A stretch of 64,000 bases of DNA, from the IMG/VR virus record IMGVR_UViG_3300048915_000089, positions 1 through 64,000 of that record, one strand, 5' to 3'. Shown here one piece after another: positions 26,640-34,718 of this stretch. The notes under the pieces were generated by a model. That model searched no databases, was not told the DNA's origin, and saw only the letters and a list, made by a program, of their open reading frames with translations. This DNA comes from a virus. How positions within the stretch are numbered: the stretch's first letter is position 1; each line of letters starts with the position of its first letter. A program made the position numbers and the translations under genes.

Positions 26640-28313
26640 CTAGGCCCGCCGTCGTCGCTTGCGCAATCGGTACGTCGCCGCTGAGCCGCCGATCTTCAGC
26701 ACGCGGCGCGCGACTGCGGCGGCGATAGCTTTCTCTAGGTTTGTTTTACCCTGGGGCTCGTCTGTGCCGCCGTTCTGTGCGGCCTGCAGCGCCGCATCGG
26801 CGCCCGCCTGAAGCTGTTGCGTCTTCAGATCGGAGAGCAGCTCATAGTTCGGATCATCCGTCACGTCCGGCATGCCGGCGGCGTCGAGGATAAATTCTTG
26901 CAGCGTGTCGTTCGGGAACAGTGGCATGCCGGCTTGCTGCAGCCGGAGAATGAAATTCGACAGCGTGTCGAGATCGAGCCGCTGCGGCATGTCCGGCTTG
27001 ATGTTGGGGTTCCCCTCCGGGTCCAATCCGTTCAAGTCGCACAGCCGCGGGATGCCATGCCGATTGAGCACGTCGGCGTTCGCGCCCAAAAATCCATCCA
27101 TCGCCTGAAAAAACATATCCGTCTTTGAGACGGCAAGCGCTTGCGTGCCGCGCGACTCGTGCCCCAATTGAATGAAGTCGGCGAGAATACTCGACAGCAT
27201 GTTGACGTTGTAACGCGTGATCGCCTTGTCGGAGTCGACGGCCTGGCCACGGCCGCCGGCCGGAGTGACGAGCTCAAACTTGTAAGCTGGCGCGCCCGCG
27301 CCAGTGCCGCCTGTTTCCTGCAGATCGGACGGAATAATCAAACCCATCTGCTCGTCGACTCGCACGTTCGTCGCGATGCGCTTCCAAGTCTCGACTTGCT
27401 TCGTTGCCTCAACGTCGCCTTCAGCGGCCAAATCAAGCAATTGCTTCGGCACGCTCACAACTGGAATGCCGCCCATCCGTTCGAACAGGATCGATTCGAG
27501 CTCTTCCATGCGCTTGCCGAGATAGTAACTGCGATAGGCGGTGCGCAGGATTGAACGGCCTTCCGGATTGCCTTTGTGGACGCTGGCGCGGAACAACACC
27601 ATTTTTTCGATCGGTATGTCGACGATCGGCCCTGTCCAAGGCTGTTGCGTCATGCCGAGAATTTCGCCGTTGTCGCCGAAGAACCATTTCAAGATCGTGT
27701 CTTGCCCGCGCAACGGCATGCGACGCCAGCGAATCATCCCATCGTCGAATTGACTGCGCGGGAGCTCGCGGCCGTCCTGTCCGTTGCCAGGCCGGCGCCC
27801 GCGACTGCGCTTATAGACGAGTTCATGCGGCGCAAAGCCGTAGCCCAGCATCGAAAGCGATTCTTGAACGAAGTCACTCCAAGTGTGACTCATGTCGTTC
27901 ATGCAGCCTTCGATGAATTCGGCTTGGTACTGTCCGTCAGGCGAGTCGTTGCCTGGCTCTACCCGCCACTCGATTTTGCGAAGCGTCGCATTGATCGCAA
28001 ACATGATTGAGCCGACGACGGACGAATTGTCGAGCATTTCGCGATACACGCGCGCGGCTTCTCTGCCGGCAAGCTGCGGAAGAAACTCTTCGCGGACCCA
28101 GCCGGAGAATTGCCGAAGTCCCGACGAGCCGATGTCTGAGAACGTCATTCGCGTGTCGAATGTCGGGATGCTGTAGCCGCCCATCGTGCGGAGCCGCGGT
28201 GTTGCTGCAGTGGGCGCTGTCGGCAGTGGCGGCACGGCGCTGAAGTCCGCGCGCGGCGTCAAAGCTCGCTTGCGAACGCCATAGCTTGCGGAGACGGTTT
28301 GTTTATATGCCAT
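26640..28313 (-). CDS. Portal protein
   Basis: 557 aa between TerL and MuF, with an acidic/helical C-terminus. Confidence 0.8.
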   Translation of the reverse strand: MAYKQTVSASYGVRKRALTPRADFSAVPPLPTAPTAATPRLRTMGGYSIPTFDTRMTFSDIGSSGLRQFSGWVREEFLPQLAGREAARVYREMLDNSSVVGSIMFAINATLRKIEWRVEPGNDSPDGQYQAEFIEGCMNDMSHTWSDFVQESLSMLGYGFAPHELVYKRSRGRRPGNGQDGRELPRSQFDDGMIRWRRMPLRGQDTILKWFFGDNGEILGMTQQPWTGPIVDIPIEKMVLFRASVHKGNPEGRSILRTAYRSYYLGKRMEELESILFERMGGIPVVSVPKQLLDLAAEGDVEATKQVETWKRIATNVRVDEQMGLIIPSDLQETGGTGAGAPAYKFELVTPAGGRGQAVDSDKAITRYNVNMLSSILADFIQLGHESRGTQALAVSKTDMFFQAMDGFLGANADVLNRHGIPRLCDLNGLDPEGNPNIKPDMPQRLDLDTLSNFILRLQQAGMPLFPNDTLQEFILDAAGMPDVTDDPNYELLSDLKTQQLQAGADAALQAAQNGGTDEPQGKTNLEKAIAAAVARRVLKIGGSAATYRLRKRRRRA

Positions 28314-28316
28314 CGT

Positions 28317-29882
28317 TCACCCCGGAAACTCTCTGGGACTGCCTACCACAATCGCGCCGGATAGCACAGCCTCGGCACCGCTTTGCCCGAATGCATAAAT
28401 GATCGCTTCGCCCTCGTCTGGCGATCGTCCGATGCGTTCTTTTGTCTCTTCCTTTTCTTCGACCTTAATGCCGCGTGCTGTCAATTCATAGCGCGGCGCG
28501 GCGAGATCAGTCAGGACTGTGCGCTCCGGCGGCAGAGCAATATCCATCCCGCTCGTCGGGTCGAGCGCTTCGCGCAACCGCCATATCCACAGCGCGCGCA
28601 TGTTGAAAAACCGAAGCTTCGTTCCCTTGGCAAGAGCCCCGGTCTTCTTTCTTCCGTCCATTGAGCGAATCGGAAGCTTGAACAGTTTGCCGATGTCTAC
28701 CGGCGAGGATCCGATGCCGATCACGTCGACATGTATCGGAGCGATCTCCCCTCCTAGAATGTTGACGACATCGCGGATCACAGCAACGCCGTCAGGAGTC
28801 GTGCGGCCAGGCTTCTTGACGACGCGAGAAAACCAATTGTGGTAACGCTTACAGATCGTCGTCTTGTCGATACCGCCGCGCGCTGGGTCGCACCCGACTT
28901 GACTGAGCTTGCCGCGTTTGCTCGCCGGCAGATCAACCCATCGCTTTTGCGCGGCTTCGATCCACGCTGTCGGAATGATCTGCCACGGGTGGTCAACTTG
29001 GCCCAAGCCGAACTTGCCGTAAAGCATCAACGATCGGAGCGGTTCGGGGAACGCCTGCAGCGTCGCTTTATAGCCGGACGCCATCAAGATCGGATTGTCT
29101 TCGACGCGCGACGGAAAGAACGTGCGCGACTTCGGCTCTATAAGCTCTTCAGTGCCGTCTTCGTTACGCCACCAGAACGGCAAGCCGTTGCGCACCTCGC
29201 GCTCAGCGCCGCCCAGCATCGCGTACCAGCGGAGCTCGCCAGGCATCGCCGGCCGTGGGTGCTTCTCGTCAAGCCACGGCCCGAAATAGCCGATAACCCA
29301 ATCGCCTTCCGCTGTCGTTGGCGGATTGAAGCCGGCGACGATTCGCGATCGTTGATGCTGTCGCGTTGTTCGGTTCCAGCCCGAGAGGTAGCGAAACTGA
29401 TATTCGGTAAAGAACGGAAGTTCGTCGAAGCCCTTCAGATCGTGAGCGCGGCCCTGATACTTGCCGACGTCCTTTTCTTCGTTGACGCCGCCGAACTCGA
29501 CCATGCGGCCGTCGAATTCGTCCAGCCACCATCTGTGCTTCTGGCCATTGAAGCGGCCCTTGCCGTTAAACAATTCGTAAGCTCGCGACTCCAAGCCTTC
29601 AAGCTGCGCTTTGTCGCGACGAAAAATAATAGATCGGTAATGCGCCGTGTGCGCCAAGCCGAGCATAAGATCAGTCTTGCCACCGCCGGCGGCGCCACCG
29701 AAGCCGGTTACATCAGCTTCGCTTTGATAGGCTGCTTCCTGGGGACTGCCCGGGAACGGTTCCCACGGCACCTCCGCGATCAGAAGCGCGTCGAGTTCTG
29801 CGCGCTCGCGCGGTGTCAAGAAGTCCAACAATTCGCTGAACTCTTTCGGCGTTTGTGATTCCTGCAGTGTTGAATTCAGCAT
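28317..29882 (-). CDS. terL: Terminase large subunit
   Basis: Walker A GFGGAAGGGKTDL. Start taken at MLNSTLQ (29882); an alternative ATG lies at 29921. Overlaps the TerS frame by about 170 nt. Confidence 0.85.
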   Translation of the reverse strand: MLNSTLQESQTPKEFSELLDFLTPRERAELDALLIAEVPWEPFPGSPQEAAYQSEADVTGFGGAAGGGKTDLMLGLAHTAHYRSIIFRRDKAQLEGLESRAYELFNGKGRFNGQKHRWWLDEFDGRMVEFGGVNEEKDVGKYQGRAHDLKGFDELPFFTEYQFRYLSGWNRTTRQHQRSRIVAGFNPPTTAEGDWVIGYFGPWLDEKHPRPAMPGELRWYAMLGGAEREVRNGLPFWWRNEDGTEELIEPKSRTFFPSRVEDNPILMASGYKATLQAFPEPLRSLMLYGKFGLGQVDHPWQIIPTAWIEAAQKRWVDLPASKRGKLSQVGCDPARGGIDKTTICKRYHNWFSRVVKKPGRTTPDGVAVIRDVVNILGGEIAPIHVDVIGIGSSPVDIGKLFKLPIRSMDGRKKTGALAKGTKLRFFNMRALWIWRLREALDPTSGMDIALPPERTVLTDLAAPRYELTARGIKVEEKEETKERIGRSPDEGEAIIYAFGQSGAEAVLSGAIVVGSPREFPG

Positions 29883-30333
29883 CGTCAGGGCGACGCCCCT
29901 CTTCGGACAAGCTAAGATCAACTTGCTCGCGCAAGCCTAGCCTCGTCTTCATAAGAAAAATCAAAACGGCCTTATCCGGCAATACCTCAGCGCGCATCAC
30001 TTTGCCAGCGTGAACGTGGCCAGGCGGGTAATACTGCACTGGCGAGCCGAGCGCCATCGTGAGTCCGGCTTCGCCCAGCTTCGCCTGCACCTTGGCATCG
30101 CCGATCATCAACTCTTTGCCGTAGTGCTTGCGCAGCGTCGGCGCTGAGATGCCGATGAACGCCGCAATCGCGCGATGCTTCAAGCCGTAGCCGGCGAGGA
30201 CTTCGACGTTCGTTCGCTGCTGTGCTGTCGGCTCATGTTCCGGACGGCCACCAGTATCGATCTCGTCGGCGTCAATCTGCTCGCTCTCGTCGACGATCTC
30301 GCCGTCGATCGGCGTTTGCGTTTTCTTAACCAT
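29713..30333 (-). CDS. terS: Terminase small subunit (HTH)
   Basis: First gene of the late block. HTH-like LKHRAIAAFIGISAPTLRKHYGKEL. Position upstream of TerL. Confidence 0.65.
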   Translation of the reverse strand: MVKKTQTPIDGEIVDESEQIDADEIDTGGRPEHEPTAQQRTNVEVLAGYGLKHRAIAAFIGISAPTLRKHYGKELMIGDAKVQAKLGEAGLTMALGSPVQYYPPGHVHAGKVMRAEVLPDKAVLIFLMKTRLGLREQVDLSLSEEGRRPDDAEFNTAGITNAERVQRIVGLLDTARARRTRRASDRGGAVGTVPGQSPGSSLSKRS

Positions 30334-30613
30334 TCGTCGCTATCGATGCCGCTTCACTCAGGACTGAAGCGGAGAAACCTATGCGAACATTCTGCCCTTG
30401 TCACCCCGCCCCGGACGTGCCGTGCGGCTGTTGCCATGCCGGATGCATCTGTCCGGAACACCGGATTCGGCCAAAACCGGCCGATTCGGGCGCCTGGTCA
30501 GCCGGAACGGCCGCTAACCGCTTGAAAACCCCACCTATATCAGGGGTTGAATTCTCTTTACCCGGCCGGGACACACCCCTATATTGAGCACGTTCAAACG
30601 GAGGAAAGACGTA
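30334..30613. promoter_or_regulatory. Divergent control region between the late operon and plus block iii
   Basis: Contains hairpin CCGCTTCA-N8-TGAAGCGG (~30345-30368), palindrome AACCCC-N10-GGGGTT (~30527-30548), CCCGGCCGGG (30561-30570) and a direct repeat CCC(A)CCTATAT (30530-30540 and 30576-30585). Confidence 0.4.
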
Positions 30614-30895
30614 ATGAACAGCATGACCCTAAGTATCGGTCGCCGCTTCCGCGCGACTGTCCAATCATTCGAAGCCGCGAGCAAGCTTTACGCTGAAAAG
30701 CGCAACGCGAGCGGCGAAGGCGGAAGCACATGGCCGGAAGGCCGCATTATTCAGAACGACAAACTGATCGCGCGCGTCTCTTACAACTCGCGGATATGGC
30801 CAGCCGAAGAGTGGACGACTGAGCAAAAGCCGCTCTTCGTTCCGGCGTGCCATCATTGCGGCGGCACGCCTTGCTGTTGCGAGGTGAAGTCATGA
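30614..30895 (+). CDS. Hypothetical protein (Cys-rich C-terminus CHHCGGTPCCC)
   Basis: ATG at 30614 preceded by GGAGGAAAGA. Confidence 0.5.
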   Translation: MNSMTLSIGRRFRATVQSFEAASKLYAEKRNASGEGGSTWPEGRIIQNDKLIARVSYNSRIWPAEEWTTEQKPLFVPACHHCGGTPCCCEVKS

Positions 30896-31365
30896 ACAGC
30901 GATCGTCCGAATTGCTACAGCCGCGCTCTTGGTGCAGCGCGCAACAGCAAGCGCGCTGCGAAGAAGCCGCACCCCGCAGAGATCGCGGCCGAAGCGGCCA
31001 TGATCGAAGCAATCCGCAATGCAGATCACTTCCTAGCGTCGCTGTTCGTTGGCCGTGGCGAATATCAAGTTCGCAGCGCGCGCAACGTCAGGGAAGCTCT
31101 AACGATCGCTCCGCTCCTCGAGACGGCATTCCCGACGACTCGCAAGTGCATCATTTACGCCGTTGCGAAAGACGGCGTTGCAACGATGCTGACTTACGAT
31201 CTTCTCGACAAGCAACTGGCGCTGGTCGCTTTGCCGAAGGGTTTCGAGATCGTCGCCGGCAAACATGCCGGACTGCTCACGCTCATGCGCGGGCCGACTG
31301 AGATCGCGGCGAGCGCACAGCGCGCCGATCTGATCGAAGTCGCACGCCGAAAGGCCGCGTCATGA
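30892..31365 (+). CDS. Hypothetical protein
   Basis: ATGA overlap with the upstream stop. No recognised domain. Confidence 0.5.
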   Translation: MNSDRPNCYSRALGAARNSKRAAKKPHPAEIAAEAAMIEAIRNADHFLASLFVGRGEYQVRSARNVREALTIAPLLETAFPTTRKCIIYAVAKDGVATMLTYDLLDKQLALVALPKGFEIVAGKHAGLLTLMRGPTEIAASAQRADLIEVARRKAAS

Positions 31366-31565
31366 ACATGATGGTCCGATCAGACAACGCGCGCGATCTT
31401 CTCGACTTCGCGCGCGGCGGCTCAAAGCATGACAGCCACGTCCAGCTTTGGCGCGAGCACACTTGGCTTGCGGCAACGCGAGCCGAGTTCGCAGCGCGCA
31501 CAGCGAACGTGCTGGCGTGGATGCAACAAGAATCCGCCGCACGCAAAGCGGCGCGGAAGTCGTGA
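31362..31565 (+). CDS. Hypothetical protein
   Basis: ATGA overlap with the upstream stop. Confidence 0.45.
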   Translation: MNMMVRSDNARDLLDFARGGSKHDSHVQLWREHTWLAATRAEFAARTANVLAWMQQESAARKAARKS

Positions 31566-31639
31566 GTCCATCGCAGCGGGGCGCACGCCGCCCCGTCACG
31601 ATGCACTTGAGGCATCTTCACAGTGAGAGGAAAGATCAC

Positions 31640-32347
31640 ATGACTATCGGACAATTGAACTCGTCAACGGCCGTTGTTGCGCCCCCGGCCGATCTGTCGG
31701 CGCTCTCGGCAAAAGGCTACACGGACCCCGGAAGCTGCAGGCGCGCACGCCGCGCCGCTGCGGAAGCGGCCGGATTGCCGTCAGATGCTTTCGAGAACGT
31801 CAAGCAAGGCGGCTTATGGCACTTCCGTCTGAAGGCGAGCGGCACCGCGGCCGAAACGCCAGCGCCAGCCAATGCGGACGGCCTCGACATTCCGGCCGCG
31901 TTCAAGATACCGCAAGAGCAGCGCGACGCCGCTTGGGTGAAGAACCCGCCGCGCACGTCGGCGCGCGCCAGCGCAACGGAACCGAAAGACCCGAAGCGCG
32001 CAGCGGCCGAAGCCGAGCTTCGCGCGCAAATCTCTGCAGCCAGCAAGAAGCCGCCGAAGGTCGCCGCGACGAAGCGCACGCCGAAGACGGCTCGCACGCG
32101 TTACGATTGGGATGCCGCCGAAGCCAAAGCGCGCACTGGCGTTCTGCCGACAGCGCCGGACATGAGCGCGCCTACCCACAAATACTACAAGCCGAAGCTT
32201 GACGAAGTTCTGAAGCTGGCGCGCGCCAACGATCTGAGGGGACTGCAGAGCTACAAAGTCGGCGATCGTAACAACGGCTCTCCCGGCATGGTGAAGCAAT
32301 ATCAGCGTATCGCAATCATTGCCGTGAAGGCGAAGGCGGCGCTCTGA
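31640..32347 (+). CDS. Hypothetical protein (Ala/Lys/Pro-rich middle)
   Basis: ATG at 31640 preceded by GAGAGGAAAGATCA. The longer track ORF from 31448 lacks an RBS. Confidence 0.55.
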   Translation: MTIGQLNSSTAVVAPPADLSALSAKGYTDPGSCRRARRAAAEAAGLPSDAFENVKQGGLWHFRLKASGTAAETPAPANADGLDIPAAFKIPQEQRDAAWVKNPPRTSARASATEPKDPKRAAAEAELRAQISAASKKPPKVAATKRTPKTARTRYDWDAAEAKARTGVLPTAPDMSAPTHKYYKPKLDEVLKLARANDLRGLQSYKVGDRNNGSPGMVKQYQRIAIIAVKAKAAL

Positions 32348-32432
32348 AGATTGCGACCTTATGCGCAGCGGCGTTCATTCGTCCGCTGCGTATCGGGACG
32401 CAATCATGCGTCGTCATTGAGAGGAAAGATCA

Positions 32433-32645
32433 ATGTCAGAAGGCTTTGAATTCGACGTTGAAGTCACTGTGCGGAAGCGCATACACGTAGCAGGCCCAAC
32501 TGATCGCGAGACGGCCAGGCGATATCTGAAGACGGCCATTGAGGGACTCGGCTTCGGGCCGTTCGCCAAGCATGACGCTACCGGCCACCCGATCGAGATC
32601 GTTATCAGCAACGACTTTGATCTTGTCGACGTTGAGGCGAGCTAA
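32433..32645 (+). CDS. Hypothetical small acidic protein
   Basis: ATG preceded by the identical GAGAGGAAAGATCA. Confidence 0.55.
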   Translation: MSEGFEFDVEVTVRKRIHVAGPTDRETARRYLKTAIEGLGFGPFAKHDATGHPIEIVISNDFDLVDVEAS

Positions 32646-32649
32646 GATC

Positions 32650-33126
32650 ATGGCAACCGAAACGAAGGCCGTATATCTCGGCCGCCACGCTACCGACAGC
32701 AAGAAGACGGCGCACCTGTTCGTTACGGTGCATCACTTCAATGAGATCGCCGACGCCGACGCGCTGCGCGACAAGGCGTCTGCGTTCGAATTCAAGAAGT
32801 CGCCGCCGAAGATCGTCGGCGGCGTGTACACCATTCACGGCGATCTCGACTCGGACGGCCGCTTTAACAAGCTCATCGTCGCTGGCGACAAAGCCCCGCT
32901 CTTCACTGGCGAGCGCGCCGGCAAGCGCGAGCTCGTCGGCATATTCGAGGCCAGGGACAAAGCGTTCGGCGTCGCCGATCGCGCGCGCAAGCTCACTGAG
33001 CAGATGAAAGACGATCTGGAGTTGCCTAAGCTGCTGAAGCGAATGCGCCAGCGCTTCGGTGCTACGGATGCGATCGGACGGCTTGCGCTTGAAGTTGTCA
33101 TCCTCGACGCGCTTCGGCGCCCATGA
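32650..33126 (+). CDS. Hypothetical protein
   Basis: ATG at 32650, 5 nt after the previous stop. Confidence 0.55.
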   Translation: MATETKAVYLGRHATDSKKTAHLFVTVHHFNEIADADALRDKASAFEFKKSPPKIVGGVYTIHGDLDSDGRFNKLIVAGDKAPLFTGERAGKRELVGIFEARDKAFGVADRARKLTEQMKDDLELPKLLKRMRQRFGATDAIGRLALEVVILDALRRP

Positions 33127-33201
33127 AACAGGGGCGGCGCTCCGGCATAGTGCCACGATTTGCGCCGCCACGTCATCAATCCATCACTGAGGAAAGCAGC
33201 A

Positions 33202-33660
33202 ATGGACGGACATCGAATCACAGACGCGAAGGCGGCGAAAGACTTCGTGTTCGCCGGCAAGGCGCTCTTCACACTGAAGAGCCTCAAAAGCGGCAAACAT
33301 GCGACATTCAAAGTCAAGGTGCCGAAGAGTTCCCCGCCGAACTCGCCTATAACGCATTTCGTTTCCGTGCGCGACGACGCGGACGGCATCGGCTCTTACA
33401 GCTATCTCGGCACAATCAATCGCGAAGGCGTCTTCTGGCACGGCCGCAAATCGATGGTGCCGGAAGACGACTTCAAGACGACGGCCGCGCGCTGGTTGTT
33501 TAACCAGCTTGCAAACAACAATCTGCCGGACACTTGCCAGTTATGGCACGAAGGCCGTTGCGGACGTTGCGGCCGTCGTCTCACAGTCCCCGAATCGATC
33601 GCATCCGGCATAGGGCCGGAGTGCGCAGCGAAGAGCGCAGGAAAGGCGCGAGCAGCATGA
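33202..33660 (+). CDS. DUF6011-like protein
   Basis: ATG preceded by GAGGAAAGC. The C-terminus GRCGRCGRRLTVPESIASGIGPECAAK matches the CxxC...GIGPxC signature. Confidence 0.6.
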   Translation: MDGHRITDAKAAKDFVFAGKALFTLKSLKSGKHATFKVKVPKSSPPNSPITHFVSVRDDADGIGSYSYLGTINREGVFWHGRKSMVPEDDFKTTAARWLFNQLANNNLPDTCQLWHEGRCGRCGRRLTVPESIASGIGPECAAKSAGKARAA

Positions 33661-33884
33661 CGCAAAAACATAAACCCGTAACACCTCCGCGGCTCCCGCA
33701 GCCGTCGCGGCGCGACTGTCCGGCGTGCGATCAAGAGATGCACGCCGACAATGCGCTTAACAAGCGCTCGCGCTTCGTCAATGTTTACATCTGTGCCGCG
33801 TGCGACGCGCGTGAAGCCAAAGAGCGTTTCTTTTGGCGTGATCTCGCGGAAGCTCAATCTCTCGACATCAAGGGGCGATCATGA
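33657..33884 (+). CDS. Small zinc-ribbon-like protein
   Basis: ATGA overlap with the upstream stop. CPACD...CAACD cysteine pairs. Confidence 0.5.
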   Translation: MTQKHKPVTPPRLPQPSRRDCPACDQEMHADNALNKRSRFVNVYICAACDAREAKERFFWRDLAEAQSLDIKGRS

Positions 33885-34654
33885 CTAAGCAACGACTCGT
33901 TACCGAAGACGGCGCGCATGTCGCTGATCTTAACGACGGCAGAATCACAAACGGACACCATCGCATTCACGCAATGCAGCAAGCCGGCATTCCGCTTTTT
34001 CTCGACTGCGGAGACGGACGGCCGCGCGCGCAAGCCAATCTCGACTATGGCGAGATCGCGCGCCAAGTCGGCGCTGCTATCGAAGCGGCGGCGAGAACGG
34101 ACTTCTGCGGGCCGCAATGCACCTGTAGAGATCGCTTCGGGGAAGTCCGTTGCGTCAAGCTTCTGCCTGGCATTGACGAATGGTGGCGCACCGTCAGTGT
34201 GGAGGGCATCGACGCACAGAACCCGGCCGATCTCGTCGCGGCGCTGAATCGGCTATGGCGTCAGACAAGCTCCGCGCTGGACGAAGACGATCATCTTTGG
34301 GACGCACGCGGGGCGCTAGAACACGCGCGGCAAGAGATCGTCCTGGCGATCGCGTTCCTCGGCCGCGATGGCGGCACAGAGCGCGCACCGCAGACGATCA
34401 AAACGCTGATCGAACGTCTCGCTGAAGCCGACGCGACGATTCGCAAGGCGCTCTCCGGCAAGATACCGGAGCCGAAGAAGCCGCCGCTCGATGCAACGAT
34501 CGAATTGTGGCGCGGCATTGAACGACTGCTGTCGGCCGAATATCGGCGTGTCGCCGACGATCCAACGGAGGTTAGGCCGGGGCGCGCGAAGATGGCCGCG
34601 TTTAACGTCTACGTCACTCTTCGATCGTTCAAGGATGCGATCGAAGAGCTTTGA
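33881..34654 (+). CDS. Hypothetical protein (N-terminal NGHHRIHAMQQAGIP, ParB-like DGHHR remnant?)
   Basis: ATGA overlap with the upstream stop. Last gene before the terminator. Confidence 0.5.
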   Translation: MTKQRLVTEDGAHVADLNDGRITNGHHRIHAMQQAGIPLFLDCGDGRPRAQANLDYGEIARQVGAAIEAAARTDFCGPQCTCRDRFGEVRCVKLLPGIDEWWRTVSVEGIDAQNPADLVAALNRLWRQTSSALDEDDHLWDARGALEHARQEIVLAIAFLGRDGGTERAPQTIKTLIERLAEADATIRKALSGKIPEPKKPPLDATIELWRGIERLLSAEYRRVADDPTEVRPGRAKMAAFNVYVTLRSFKDAIEEL

Positions 34655-34689
34655 CTGAGGCTCACGATCGGCGTCGCGTCGGAGATCAG

Positions 34690-34718
34690 CCCCGCCTTCA
34701 GGCGGGGTTTTTCTTTTT
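34690..34718 (+). terminator. Rho-independent terminator of plus block iii
   Basis: CCCCGCC (34690-34696), loop TTCA, GGCGGGG (34701-34707), then TTTTTCTTTTT. The loop contains the stop codon of the convergent ParB-MTase gene. Confidence 0.7.

Noticed and set aside
30381-30587. 68-aa ORF with Cys-rich N-terminus (CPCHPAPDVPCGCCHAGCICPEH) and a GGAGA Shine-Dalgarno, lying in the TerS-proximal intergenic region. It is tempting to read it as a metallothionein-like or RiPP-like peptide.
   Set aside because: Third-position GC is clearly lower than in real genes here. The second half runs through the promoter-like direct repeats and palindromes. It has no partner genes. I treat it as non-coding regulatory DNA unless Ribo-seq says otherwise.
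30521-30590. CTTGAAA ... CCTATAT elements resembling sigma-32 / sigma-70 promoter hexamers.
   Set aside because: Spacings between the candidate -35 and -10 elements are about 8-10 nt or about 27 nt. These fit neither sigma-70 (17 +/- 1) nor alphaproteobacterial RpoH consensus. I kept them only as unexplained direct repeats.
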